Origin: a virus
Lineage: Duplodnaviria; Caudoviricetes
Virus record (IMG/VR): IMGVR_UViG_3300033121_000264
Location: 40,686 to 104,685 of that record
Direction: 5' to 3' (one strand)
DNA length: 64,000 nt
Below are positions 19,401 through 28,074 of this stretch, one piece after another (within the stretch, counting starts at the first letter, position 1; the number at the start of each line of letters is the position of its first letter). The notes under the pieces were generated by a model. That model worked only from the letters and a program-made list of their open reading frames with translations. It searched no databases and was not told the DNA's origin. A program made the position numbers and the translations under genes.

Positions 19401-20930
19401 ATTATTAGTTGAACTAGCGCTTTGAGTACCGCTATTAGCCTTTCCTAAAAAGCCGGTAGAGAATTGTTTAAGTCCTGCCCCAAGTTTAATAGCTCCAATT
19501 GCAGTAAACATTGGGATTAATGGAGTAAGTGATTGGCCTACTGTAATTAGGTTATCTGCAATTTTAAGAGTTAGACCTAAGAATCCTTGAATAGCAGTAT
19601 TATCACCTATTGTACGGAACAACTCAAAGAATCTTTCACGTAACTTAGTAAGTTGTACTAACAATGATTGTTGTGCAGTTACAGCGTCTCTTGTTAAGCT
19701 TCCACGACCACGTTGAGCAACAGCTAATGCCTTTTCAGCAGTAGCGAATTGTTGAATTAATGGAATAACTTTAGATACTTGACGGAAACCACCAAGTTCT
19801 TCAATAATCTGGGCGAATCTTGGGTCATTACCAGGAATTTCAGATAAAGCATCACTTAAACGTCTAACAGCTTCATATGGGCCTACGAATCTTCCTTGAA
19901 GGTCTAATAACTCAACTCCAAGGTCACGTAAGAAATTAAGAGTTTTAGGACGTTGAATACGAGTAAAGATTGTACGGAAACCAGTAGCAATAGTTTCGGC
20001 AGATTCTCTAGTTGTTTGACGTACTGATGTGAACAATGCAATGAATTCTTCTAATGAGCCTCCGGCAGCTTGGAATGCGGCACCAGAACGACGTACAGCG
20101 GTTACGATGTCTTGTGATTCTACAGCGAATGCAGCGGCCACACTATTGAATGAGCCAAGCGTTGATTCTAAATCTTCTACGCCAATTTTGAATTGACGCA
20201 TAGAAGCAATAACGCCTTCTACTGTGTCTTCAATTTTACCGAAAGTTGGAGCTAATTTAGTTTTAGCAAGAGCTTCTAATGCTACCTTAACTTCTCCGGC
20301 ACTCAAACCGGCCTGAGCTAAAGTATCAGATACGGCCAATAATTCTTGAGAAGATACGCCAAGAGTTGTAGCAAGTCTTGTAATTTCAGCGGTTAAACCA
20401 CCAAGATTTTTAACAGAAGTACCTGTAATTTGAGAAACTCTTACTAAACCATGTTGGAATAGAATAGCTTCTTGAATACCTGATTTCATAGCTGTAGTTA
20501 AAGCAATTACAGCAGAAGTAGCAACTGAGAATGCAGCAATACGTTTAATAGCAAAAGCAGATTGTTGACCAAGCCTTGTCATACCTGATGCAGTCTGATT
20601 AGCCGCCTTAGCTGTAGCAGCCATAGCTTTTTGATTAGCTTGAGCAGTTTTTGTAATTTGCCCAAGTTGCTTTAGATTGCCACCAAGAGTTTTATTTAAT
20701 TGACTAATTTGTTGATTTAAAACTACAGCGGCTCCAGCAGCACTCTTTAGACGTTGTTCAGTAATACCTAATGCTTTATTTATATTATCTAGTTTACCCT
20801 TGGTTGATGGGTCTAGTTTAAGTGTTACATTCGCCTTAACATTACTCAACTGTTTCTGTAGCTGACTAATGACTGGGCGAAGATTTTGATTCCGTACTGC
20901 TAATTCACAAGTTAAAACAAATTTAGCCAT
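13470..20930 (-). CDS. tail tape measure protein
   Basis: 2486 aa, Ala/Gln/Lys helical; TP901-like core (LAQAGLS...GFRTIFTRI); two DTVPALLTPGEYVL motifs; Gly-rich hydrophobic segments. Confidence 0.92.
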   Translation of the reverse strand: MAKFVLTCELAVRNQNLRPVISQLQKQLSNVKANVTLKLDPSTKGKLDNINKALGITEQRLKSAAGAAVVLNQQISQLNKTLGGNLKQLGQITKTAQANQKAMAATAKAANQTASGMTRLGQQSAFAIKRIAAFSVATSAVIALTTAMKSGIQEAILFQHGLVRVSQITGTSVKNLGGLTAEITRLATTLGVSSQELLAVSDTLAQAGLSAGEVKVALEALAKTKLAPTFGKIEDTVEGVIASMRQFKIGVEDLESTLGSFNSVAAAFAVESQDIVTAVRRSGAAFQAAGGSLEEFIALFTSVRQTTRESAETIATGFRTIFTRIQRPKTLNFLRDLGVELLDLQGRFVGPYEAVRRLSDALSEIPGNDPRFAQIIEELGGFRQVSKVIPLIQQFATAEKALAVAQRGRGSLTRDAVTAQQSLLVQLTKLRERFFELFRTIGDNTAIQGFLGLTLKIADNLITVGQSLTPLIPMFTAIGAIKLGAGLKQFSTGFLGKANSGTQSASSTNNKLNTVQASAATANANQSGAISANTTALNNLATQINNLSSALKASIAATTKTIIGPGGIARQVPRKFARGGLVPGFGNRDTVPALLTPGEYVLPTSAVQAYGAGNIAALHKGGTVRKYGKGSEKGVSKLSAKEKEERALNKGINKKIGDELSHSAIKAASIDRRFALVGLLPNKKDVKPKKGQLSLPISNLSQAQKDAYGLNARGQLEYTLYTGTIKAPHGKRFENNIAHRLKDIANNEGKRVLDTMGIVSHPLSAKDIRKFNFEQMSGNLFEAALNTAGAPFTKNVSTDAFDFVGGLGANFTEKVYDDASLGNVPTDAKRTVTGQEKSVAKKVKNTVLTAIRRDYLTNPDNDSKTSAQHNKDLVKLKFTPAQAFHATRNRTQYKPPQKKAEGGDITGVGTDTVPALLTPGEYVLDKGTAQRVGYNNLDAMRVQKYAKGGVVRKFAGGGKVATGGGGADLSKLTPLLFVLPQITSMFGGLSEEMSTAITQFTVMAGIAGAAGKSLGGFKENTEKVNKIQSKLSGSTNRSFARLKTRYEDYKANPTPDTLGAFTRQAQRTKRNTNKRAPLRQAQLRQAKLGRVAEGAGGIGAGLGIVASVVGESKFSKPAFANIQAGKGTQKDVTNAGYGGLLGGAGSGAAMGAAVGSFLGPLGTLGGAVIGGAIGGITGFTNATKEATEQMKSIAISQQFERLDKTLERINKGTTVSGFDKVTVGNQIDTLQRNVLNATPEQKQETLTKAQGQLPGIQGFADKLASSVKSIGEFKSASNGLGKSLIETISLLANVPIVEVEEQFKKTIESQNKAANLQNQINASLAATYQDAQYVNNVVKAFNDSTNALQKFTNKANIIANDFQNLQFDSNMSEIIGKGLEANPADLTKALTQLIGGGGNGLAERLGASAGAAQSLPDVLRKALEAGPLSDTGGDKTPLAGFAAAVEDGIADFPKELKSSIQLKLDEFLADDSGDSKFIDEIRSNTEKFAKDLTEGTALYLESLNGAAEIAKNNANALIAMLQQRNTIEQKVTDLSISAATSRFKANRQAGLIGTNKFNSDLSSKDARSSVSISQNRRLRKGGLNGGESSDAIADAISSKRARILDLQNQRNKANPASKEFETLSKSIAGTENELQHLLSALNDQATSTEVLTALQTELATAENKRKTQLSAATNLAFGGREGRKEFAKSAQNARVIANNPNAIGSSEQEGSALQFLDQVIEMGAGDKKLATLGGKSANEVKQNRLGALVGKEDAKLLINSNKEEITLQRAIVEQQKEMVKAQNALTNLEAQKLDALDVTLTGGFESLRNTFEASMAEAQARRSESETKSRQEIADKSLSVVQKKEDLNRRLKGVGVDPASVTGVNAERVAQNADVFATLDKQKEIRDKLRNLRTTKERVTLDPTRDQGSQIQSALSNKFSGLIDQTSLQGEIDKIKEDTLKRGLYNKEDYFQRGPGGEFVHKQTGDTVSAKAFEIGSQDRNEYFNKRVQELVTRTIDNNSKFSEQTLKEGLRSQGFTDTQITQILELDPQSKAILFKLSKEVGNVDLAEARKTNTQAQDAAAKSSAQSDIDRQKADQTKKAADISVKSAEQTALDNKTQREQQKQSASTDLIAGFTGIANKILTDIYGAIKELKLVSENQEPVINLESPNNTQRDVKQKAPIVNVAAGKAAAFKFALPKFQIPDIIGELKKILTDPLKAIEEKTPDNTLPAEEKSTDIVGTTRSGKPISRAQQAKIDEANANRNAELIKQQAAEQNYQEILKRKEIEKIARDADLSDQVKNPLTPIGKPSLPKYVIPPSQRVVPNIPNPETVDIYRNTRPYNSVPIDSLSPIGRPELPREIKPNIESPNYTERPGVSINSLMPKSIGAGKAAYNTYLQGLTPLLNKLPEELNKNFLTFNKDFQQSTTSLAEILKYIPSSIDLAGKFDPIQVNITGAEALKGLEAILAPAIMAQITDQLSKVIPGLKPAMGPGPQTPSTTKGQKKDK

Positions 20931-20944
20931 GCTTATTAACCCTT

Positions 20945-20987
20945 AAAAAGAAAGAGGTTAGCCCACTTTTAACGATGAACTAACCTC
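20945..20987 (-). terminator. intrinsic terminator immediately upstream of tape measure gene
   Basis: Minus strand GAGGTTAGTTCA-loop-TGGGCTAACCTC (12-bp stem) followed by TTTCTTTTT. Confidence 0.7.
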
Positions 20988-21034
20988 GAAACATTCTATC
21001 CACGACTATCCATTTCTCGGCTTTTCCCTAATAG

Positions 21035-21044
21035 ATTATACACC
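21035..21044 (-). promoter_or_regulatory. putative late promoter GGTGTATAAT
   Basis: Exact 10-mer found six times on the minus strand upstream of structural genes. Confidence 0.65.
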
Positions 21045-21836
21045 TTGGGCCACAGGAGCAGGACTTTCAGCGACTTCTAAAGGATTACCATCATCATCAA
21101 GGAATGGTACTGTTTCTACCTTTTCAGGCATAATTCTCTTACCTTCTGAATCTAGGTAATAACCTTCGGAATCTACTCTTTTTCCAGACCTATCCGTAAA
21201 ATTACCATCTTTATCAACAAAGCGTAACTTGTCATCTACGAATTTAAACTTCTTAAGGAATTGATTTTCTGGTAGACTTGATTCATAATCGGCATCTACA
21301 CCATAAATAATTTGCATTAGTTTACTTGCCGCTAGCGAAGTCGCAACTTCATTAGAACGTTCGTAATAATCATTTAAATCCTTAAAGTAACGTCTACCAT
21401 CACTATATAGAGTGCAAGCACTAACCAAGTAATCAAACTTAGCATTTTCAGCAACTCCTTCTGCCGTATTAGAATCTAGTGCAGTACGAGCAGTATATAG
21501 TTCTCGTAGTTGAGAACGAATATCATGTACTTCTAAAGCTAGTTGTTTAGCTAGACTTAGTTTAATTCCACCCTTTTCAATAGCGGCTAGTTTTTCATTA
21601 CGTTGATTAATCAAGTCCACTTCTTTAGCAATCTGTTCTGGACCCCATAATCCTTGACGTTCAAGTTCTTCTTCTAACTTATCACGTAATAGAACTCCAG
21701 CCTTCACAGCTTTAGCAAAAGCAGTACGGTATTGTAAGTTAGCATCTTGAGACACTTGAGCATTTGGTGATACTACTACAAGTTCAACTTCCTTATCATC
21801 CACAGTCACCTTAAACGTTTCTTTAGCCATTGTCAT
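21036..21836 (-). CDS. putative tail assembly chaperone
   Basis: 266 aa, immediately upstream of tape measure gene. Confidence 0.5.
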   Translation of the reverse strand: MTMAKETFKVTVDDKEVELVVVSPNAQVSQDANLQYRTAFAKAVKAGVLLRDKLEEELERQGLWGPEQIAKEVDLINQRNEKLAAIEKGGIKLSLAKQLALEVHDIRSQLRELYTARTALDSNTAEGVAENAKFDYLVSACTLYSDGRRYFKDLNDYYERSNEVATSLAASKLMQIIYGVDADYESSLPENQFLKKFKFVDDKLRFVDKDGNFTDRSGKRVDSEGYYLDSEGKRIMPEKVETVPFLDDDGNPLEVAESPAPVAQGV

Positions 21837-22284
21837 CCTCCCGTTTTCTATTAATATAGTCTTGTCTTGTCATTCCTTCTGGTAATACTTTTAAGTCCAT
21901 ACGATAACGATTCCAGTGTACGGTATACGTATCTAATTCATTTAATACAGCTTTAAGCTGATTATTTCCATTAGTTAAAATCCTATCTCTAGTTTCATTC
22001 CAGATTTCCCTAAAAATTTCCTCACTAAAACCATTAGCTTCTAAACATTCCTTTAATTGTTTAACTAGCATATTATTACTATTATAGTTGCTATCACCCC
22101 ATAAGAATCCAAATCTTCGTTCAAATTCGCTTAATGCTCCAACAAATGTGGTTTTTGACTTAGTTTCAATAGTTTTAGTTAAACGTTTCTTTGAATCTTC
22201 TAAATACTTTTTAGCTAATTCATCTTTGTTTGGTTTTTTATAACTATTACGAATTTCTTCTAAACTTCTATAATCTTTGTCCAT
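21823..22284 (-). CDS. hypothetical protein (tail module)
   Basis: 153-aa ORF coupled to neighbours. Confidence 0.6.
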   Translation of the reverse strand: MDKDYRSLEEIRNSYKKPNKDELAKKYLEDSKKRLTKTIETKSKTTFVGALSEFERRFGFLWGDSNYNSNNMLVKQLKECLEANGFSEEIFREIWNETRDRILTNGNNQLKAVLNELDTYTVHWNRYRMDLKVLPEGMTRQDYINRKREDDNG

Positions 22285-22285
22285 A

Positions 22286-23386
22286 TTATCCTCTAACCCT
22301 TTCTGAAAACATCTTATTCATTTCTGTCATTAATTCCATTCTTACGTCCGGCATATCAGTTTCTTTTACTTCACCCTTTTCCTTTAATGTATCTAATCTT
22401 AATTTCTTAGTCATTTGACCATATGCATCATTAAGAGAATCTACCCGTTTTGCCTTTTCTTCCGGCGCCCTAGTATCATTAGTTAGGTCATTTCCCCAAA
22501 TATCCTTTTCATTACGACAGAAGACATATACTTCCCTGGCATTTTGAATTTTGGAATTATTACCTACCAATTCATTACCTTCCTTTTGTATTTGGTCCTT
22601 TTCTCGTTTACGACGCTGACTTATCATCCAACCATCTAACATATCATCATCATCAATTATACTATCATGTGGACATTCTGATGATTCGTATATATTATCA
22701 TACATTTTTGACCAAGAACATAAGTTGCGTTGTTCATCACTATATTCGGATACTGAAAAGCCGAAAAGGTTCTGTGTTTTCCCTAAATTCCAATATGTGC
22801 GCCAAGGGTCAGTTCTAGCTAGTTCCCTATATTGTGTTTCGGTAATACGTTCTTTACTTATCATTCCTAGTAAACTGTCAAACGTTCCATCAGATTCAAA
22901 ATAAAATAATCCGCCATTTTTATATACTGTGCTGGCCAAAATAAACTTACTTTTAACATATGCGGCAAATCCACTACAAGTTAAATAATCAAAGGAGTGC
23001 CGTTCTAAAAATAGTTCTTCTGCCGCTTGTTTCTTTGCTTCTAATTCCTGTCTACATTTAATTCTTTGTTGGGCATTATTGATTGCTGTAAATAAATTGA
23101 CTTTAACATCTTCTATTTCTTTAGGTAAAGCGTCTAATCTATTTTGTTTTTCTGGAGTCCATAATTTATTACGAAGTAAATAAGTTTCTAATTTATCATC
23201 ATCCATTATCTCATAAAAAGATGCTCGATTTAATGATTCATTATAAATCTCTGATGCTTCATATTTAATTGCTGGATTAGGACTATTAATTATATATACA
23301 TCTTTATTTGTAGATTGATAATTAACACATCTAACATGCCCAGATAAAATACGATTAACCAGAAGTTCCTTGTGTTCCGGTGTCAT
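22286..23386 (-). CDS. hypothetical protein (possible tail assembly chaperone)
   Basis: 366 aa between tail tube and tape measure genes. Confidence 0.55.
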   Translation of the reverse strand: MTPEHKELLVNRILSGHVRCVNYQSTNKDVYIINSPNPAIKYEASEIYNESLNRASFYEIMDDDKLETYLLRNKLWTPEKQNRLDALPKEIEDVKVNLFTAINNAQQRIKCRQELEAKKQAAEELFLERHSFDYLTCSGFAAYVKSKFILASTVYKNGGLFYFESDGTFDSLLGMISKERITETQYRELARTDPWRTYWNLGKTQNLFGFSVSEYSDEQRNLCSWSKMYDNIYESSECPHDSIIDDDDMLDGWMISQRRKREKDQIQKEGNELVGNNSKIQNAREVYVFCRNEKDIWGNDLTNDTRAPEEKAKRVDSLNDAYGQMTKKLRLDTLKEKGEVKETDMPDVRMELMTEMNKMFSERVRG

Positions 23387-23558
23387 TAGCTTGTTCCTTT
23401 AAAGCTACTGCTTTTCTAAGTATTTGTACTTCTTCTTGTAGAGCATTATTCTGTTGTAATAAAGCTAATGCTTCTTTATCTTTTAATTGCAATTGCATCT
23501 GACTATTTAAATAGATATGTCCTACATGACGACATATATCATCATAATTGAATTCCAT
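23355..23558 (-). CDS. small coiled-coil hypothetical protein
   Basis: 67 aa, GAGGA RBS, downstream of late-promoter motif. Confidence 0.55.
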   Translation of the reverse strand: MEFNYDDICRHVGHIYLNSQMQLQLKDKEALALLQQNNALQEEVQILRKAVALKEQANDTGTQGTSG

Positions 23559-23595
23559 AATATCCTCTTTTTATGTCCTAATTGTTGTCCGATAG

Positions 23596-23605
23596 ATTAT
23601 ACACC
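23596..23605 (-). promoter_or_regulatory. putative late promoter GGTGTATAAT
   Basis: Exact motif; forms last codons of the HNH gene. Confidence 0.65.
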
Positions 23606-24163
23606 GTATTGATTTACGATACGTTTACACATCTCAATCATTTCTTTGTTATTAAAATCCTGTTTCATAAAATTAACATCAACATGTAACCATTGAATAT
23701 TGTCTAATTGATATCCAATTTTAGGATTTATTCTATCTAAAGATGCTGTTTGTGAAATTCCATTTTTCTTTGCTAATCTAGGATTTCTTACTAAACAAAT
23801 ATCTAATCCACTTAAAGCACATTTAAAATTTTGCTTAACTAATACATCATATGCGTCTTGCATTTCTAGTTTAAAACTGATATTGCGTTTTTTGGCCCCA
23901 TGTTTTAAAGATGACCAATATGTTCCTCTTAAATCTCCAATACCAGTGTATCTATCAGTATTTGCAAATAATAAACAACCACAAGATTTAGTTCCTTTAG
24001 TTGTAATGGCTATACTCGGAATTTCAGTTATTTTACCACAATCACATTGACATGTCCAATAAATTCGTTTTCTACCTTTACTATCAGCCCTACTTCCTAT
24101 TCTGTTAAGAACTGTCAACATTTCATATTTTTGACCGATATTAATATCTGCTTTAACACCCAT
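23597..24163 (-). CDS. HNH-family homing endonuclease
   Basis: WTCQCDCG...KSCGC N-terminus; CALSG...ASLDRINP..GY..DNIQW...VNFMK. Confidence 0.8.
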   Translation of the reverse strand: MGVKADINIGQKYEMLTVLNRIGSRADSKGRKRIYWTCQCDCGKITEIPSIAITTKGTKSCGCLLFANTDRYTGIGDLRGTYWSSLKHGAKKRNISFKLEMQDAYDVLVKQNFKCALSGLDICLVRNPRLAKKNGISQTASLDRINPKIGYQLDNIQWLHVDVNFMKQDFNNKEMIEMCKRIVNQYGV

Positions 24164-24249
24164 AAATAAAAACTCCTCACATATAAAATAGTTTGTATAC
24201 TAGATTATATGCAAGGAGTGATGTCAAATGCACAATTTTAAAAAATATA

Positions 24250-25347
24250 TTATGTCGCTAGGCCGCCTTGGGCGGGTGCTATACTTGTTGTACAATCATT
24301 CCAGTGACTTACACTACAATCATTGAATGTCGTGTATGAGAACGTCATTGTTTGATTACCACCACCAGCATCACCAGCACTCATACCAACGCTAGCTAAC
24401 TTGTTCTTCGTACCCATATTTAGGCGAGTACCTTCATATGTTGCGATACGAATACTTTGATTTTGTAGGTTTGAACCACCAGCGAATACACCGGCTTCCG
24501 TAGCACTAATCATATCACCACTGATTGATAATACTTCAATTTCCGTTGATACTTCAACTGGGAATGTTACGAAACGGTGATAAGGAGTCTTGTGACCAAG
24601 TTGTAGAATTTGTTCACGGCCAAGGTCAGTTGAAACACTAATGTTCTGTAACTTACAGCTATAGAATCCGTCTGAGCCTAGGTTATTTGTTCCGCTTGAG
24701 CTAATACCAGGTAGGTTACGTGGTAAAATCGTGCAATCTGGGTCTGCAATTTGGTTATTTGCATCAAGTGTTGCAACAGTTGGACGGAAGTGAATATGTT
24801 GTCTACGGTTTACGCCACCAGAACCAGCAGAAGCTACTGGGAAATCAGCATTATCTAGGAATTGACCTGAGAATGTGAAAGGGGCAGCAGAACGCCATAC
24901 CTTATTGTTACCTACTAAAGTAACTGATTCGGTAAAGTTTCCATCAACTGGGAATTGATATTGTAATGAGCTAACTACCATACCAGACATAGTTACTTGA
25001 GAAACTGGCGTTCCAGTAGCAGAATCTTGACTATCTGGGAAAATACTCATAGCCACTGATGACTTAGCATTTTGACGACCTGATAATGAAGTGCTAGTTG
25101 AACCGCGTGTAGCTAATAGATATAGTGGGCAATAACCATCAAGAACCTTTTCCATCGTTACTTCGATGTCTGGGATGTTTTCGATGTTATCGTAAATAGC
25201 TAGTTGACCTAGCTCGAATACTTGTTCAAGATTGAAAGTCGTTGTAATACCACAGCTTTGAACACCGTGAGCAGCAGTATAAGTGTTTGAACCATCTGGA
25301 GCAAAACCAACTTGCTCAATGGCGAAATATACACGTTTATTAGGCAT
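24250..25347 (-). CDS. major tail (tube) protein
   Basis: 365 aa, S/T/G-rich with internal duplication (EQVFELGQ / EQILQLGH); follows neck genes and has its own late promoter. Confidence 0.7.
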   Translation of the reverse strand: MPNKRVYFAIEQVGFAPDGSNTYTAAHGVQSCGITTTFNLEQVFELGQLAIYDNIENIPDIEVTMEKVLDGYCPLYLLATRGSTSTSLSGRQNAKSSVAMSIFPDSQDSATGTPVSQVTMSGMVVSSLQYQFPVDGNFTESVTLVGNNKVWRSAAPFTFSGQFLDNADFPVASAGSGGVNRRQHIHFRPTVATLDANNQIADPDCTILPRNLPGISSSGTNNLGSDGFYSCKLQNISVSTDLGREQILQLGHKTPYHRFVTFPVEVSTEIEVLSISGDMISATEAGVFAGGSNLQNQSIRIATYEGTRLNMGTKNKLASVGMSAGDAGGGNQTMTFSYTTFNDCSVSHWNDCTTSIAPAQGGLAT

Positions 25348-25384
25348 TGTAATTCTCCGTTAAAATTGTACGCTTTGACATAAG

Positions 25385-25394
25385 ATTATACACC
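25385..25394 (-). promoter_or_regulatory. putative late promoter GGTGTATAAT
   Basis: Exact motif about 40 bp upstream of tail tube gene. Confidence 0.7.
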
Positions 25395-25401
25395 ATTCCG
25401 A

Positions 25402-26340
25402 TTAAACATTAGGAATTCCTACTTCTATGACTACTTTAGCTATTCCACCAAATAGATTTGAAGACAGGATATTTTGCTCCTGGCTTTCTATATTTTTAAA
25501 TATTCCCTGACGGTATCCATATTGGCTACCCTCGCCAACTAGATTATTATAATTTCTGGTACTTTGATTAACAATATTACCATCTAGATTGATAGGGAAC
25601 ATATTATCTTCTGCTAACTTATTCATATCATATACAACAATATTACTATCATGTTGATTTACAATAATGTCCAAAATTTTATTACGTTCTTGTGGAGTTT
25701 CAGCAAAAACATGAAATAATAGACTTTGTTCTAAATAATGACCACCACCCAATTGTGTGCCCTTTGGGAATCGTTTACGTGGAACAGTCTCAATAGCTAC
25801 AACTGGTAATTGTAATTTATTTCTGTCAAATTCTACTTTTTCTCCAGAGCCAATCATAAATTGGTCATCTATAGTTAATGTTCTTTCATGCAGTTGACGA
25901 CCTTCAATGCTGTCTGAATTTGTAAATTTAATACGTTTATATGAATATTCGCACATAACAGTAGATGTGGCAGAAATAGCATTATCAAAAATAATTCTTC
26001 CATTTGGATAGTCAATGTCGAAAGCATAAGCGCCCACTCCTGTAACTGGTTGAAATGTGTTATTAATATAAATACCAGAGATTTCTATTGGTTGTGTTTG
26101 ATAAGTAATACCACTTTCCCAAACCCAATTATTACGAAATGCTTCCCAAACTTTAACATTTGTATAATTTGGATTTAATACCGGTCTAAGTCTTGACTCG
26201 GATGTAGATAATGAAACATTACTAAAAGCCCCAATATTTAAAAAGCCCCATTCAAAATATGTTTGTAGGCCGTATTGAATTTCATCAGTGATTGTAAAAT
26301 CACCATAATCATTCACGCCTTTAAAGTTTAAATATGACAT
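25402..26340 (-). CDS. putative tail terminator/neck protein
   Basis: QLPVVAIE...LLFHVFAET..ERNKILDI pattern; position before tail tube. Confidence 0.55.
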   Translation of the reverse strand: MSYLNFKGVNDYGDFTITDEIQYGLQTYFEWGFLNIGAFSNVSLSTSESRLRPVLNPNYTNVKVWEAFRNNWVWESGITYQTQPIEISGIYINNTFQPVTGVGAYAFDIDYPNGRIIFDNAISATSTVMCEYSYKRIKFTNSDSIEGRQLHERTLTIDDQFMIGSGEKVEFDRNKLQLPVVAIETVPRKRFPKGTQLGGGHYLEQSLLFHVFAETPQERNKILDIIVNQHDSNIVVYDMNKLAEDNMFPINLDGNIVNQSTRNYNNLVGEGSQYGYRQGIFKNIESQEQNILSSNLFGGIAKVVIEVGIPNV

Positions 26341-26981
26341 TATATTGCTCCATCTACTGCAATTAGTAGCATTTTTTGTAATTCAGTATCCACATCACCA
26401 AAGGTTCTAGTCACCCAGTTATCATCAATTGTACCAGCAAACTCAAGTGGTATCTTATATAGATTACCAGGACGCTTATACATTTGTGCTTCACCGCTTC
26501 TTGACCTAGGATAAGAACCATATCTAATATCATAATCTGCAATTAGATTTTTGTATCCATCTAATAATAACCATCTTAACCAAGGCACTTCTCCACCTTT
26601 AGAAAAAACAGTTGATTCAGCCATTTTTAATACATCAGCAAAACTTGCATCAATTGCACTAATACTTAAACCGCCAGTAATAGTTCGTACTTTAGGTTTA
26701 ATCTTTATTAATTTAAATTCAAAAGAATGTGCCCATTGATAGATAATAGCATTTACTCTTGTTAGAGCGTCATCTAAACCAAATTCTGCGGTAAGTTTAC
26801 CATTTACCAATTCATCATATTCATCTGTATCTTCAAGTTGATTTTTAACATAAAATACAAATTTAGCTTTCATAATTTCTGCTATAGTTGATAAACGTTT
26901 ATTCATCTCGTCAGATAATGCTTGAAGCATCATAGATTCGATTTCTTTAATAGGTGTAACTAATTTTAATGATACAAACAT
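26340..26981 (-). CDS. putative neck/tail-completion protein
   Basis: 213 aa in head-tail joining block. Confidence 0.5.
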   Translation of the reverse strand: MFVSLKLVTPIKEIESMMLQALSDEMNKRLSTIAEIMKAKFVFYVKNQLEDTDEYDELVNGKLTAEFGLDDALTRVNAIIYQWAHSFEFKLIKIKPKVRTITGGLSISAIDASFADVLKMAESTVFSKGGEVPWLRWLLLDGYKNLIADYDIRYGSYPRSRSGEAQMYKRPGNLYKIPLEFAGTIDDNWVTRTFGDVDTELQKMLLIAVDGAI

Positions 26982-26983
26982 AG

Positions 26984-27520
26984 TTATCCTATTCTAGTTA
27001 GTAAACAAGTAAAGAATGTATTATGTGCTAAACCGTATGGAATTGGTTCTCCTGCACGCTCATATCTCCAATAACCGTAATTTACAACCCCACCATGAAC
27101 TCGTATTTCTACGCATTCACGTAATGGATTCATGTAAGAAATGTCTGCTTGAATTTTTATTAAAGAGCCGGGGAACTGTATGTTGCTCTCAGTTTTATGC
27201 CCAAACGAGTCTGTACCATTAATAAGGTTTTTGTATTCTTTTGGTTCCCAATCTATTAGGGCTTTAAAGTTAATTGTGTTTTCAGTTTCGGTAAATCCCT
27301 TACCTTGACAGTATGGGCAAATTTGACCAGTAGTGAAAGTGTTTGGCCCACCGGACTTATATCTTCCGCTAGAACTCATAGTCAAAGGATTAACGATACA
27401 ATTGATACATTCAGTTCTTAATTGTGGATAGACTAATACACATGTTGGGGCCATATCACTATTTAACATAGCTGTAACGCCATCATTAAATATTGTAAAA
27501 ATTCCTGATGGAATGTCCAT
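26984..27520 (-). CDS. putative head-closure protein
   Basis: 178 aa, CxxC...CPYCxGxG; second gene of neck block. Confidence 0.5.
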   Translation of the reverse strand: MDIPSGIFTIFNDGVTAMLNSDMAPTCVLVYPQLRTECINCIVNPLTMSSSGRYKSGGPNTFTTGQICPYCQGKGFTETENTINFKALIDWEPKEYKNLINGTDSFGHKTESNIQFPGSLIKIQADISYMNPLRECVEIRVHGGVVNYGYWRYERAGEPIPYGLAHNTFFTCLLTRIG

Positions 27521-28032
27521 TAAAAGAACCTTTCTCTATTATTTTCACTTCTAGCAATAAGAGAAGTATCGTAGTTGATACCTTGGAATGGGCCAAGAAT
27601 AGCTCTGCCAGGAATTGCATTACCAGCAATATATTCTAATTTAGCTTGTTCATAAGCCTTACATGGCCCAACTTCTAATAGTTTATTGTAACCTTCTAAT
27701 TGACCCTTAGTATCAACTGAGTGTGAGCCGGTCTTAACAGATATACCAGCTTGTGCGGCTTTTGTTCTGAATAGACTTGTATCCATTAAGCAGGCAGTTT
27801 TTAAAGAAATCAAATTAATGAAAGCGTTATCAGGTAAACTAGTCGGGTCAGGACTAATTGTTGGAACTGTGATATCGACAGTATAAGTTTGTTGAAACGT
27901 TAATTCGTGTAGAACTAATTGTGCAGATACAGCAATAGCTGTTTGTAATCTAGCATCTGAAAATGTATATGGTGCTACTACATCATTTACTAAATAACGT
28001 ACTAGGGTTACCATCTCTGTTGTCCATGCCAT
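27520..28032 (-). CDS. putative head-tail adaptor
   Basis: VRYLVND...FSDARL N-terminus typical of adaptors; first structural gene after capsid. Confidence 0.6.
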   Translation of the reverse strand: MAWTTEMVTLVRYLVNDVVAPYTFSDARLQTAIAVSAQLVLHELTFQQTYTVDITVPTISPDPTSLPDNAFINLISLKTACLMDTSLFRTKAAQAGISVKTGSHSVDTKGQLEGYNKLLEVGPCKAYEQAKLEYIAGNAIPGRAILGPFQGINYDTSLIARSENNRERFF

Positions 28033-28064
28033 AGTATAATCTCCGGAATAGTGGTATCTACTTA

Positions 28065-28074
28065 ATTATACACC
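28065..28074 (-). promoter_or_regulatory. putative late promoter GGTGTATAAT
   Basis: Exact motif; forms last codons of the LAGLIDADG gene. Confidence 0.65.

Noticed and set aside
21036-23386. Programmed frameshift in tail chaperone genes
   Set aside because: No convincing slippery site with an overlapping frame identified by eye
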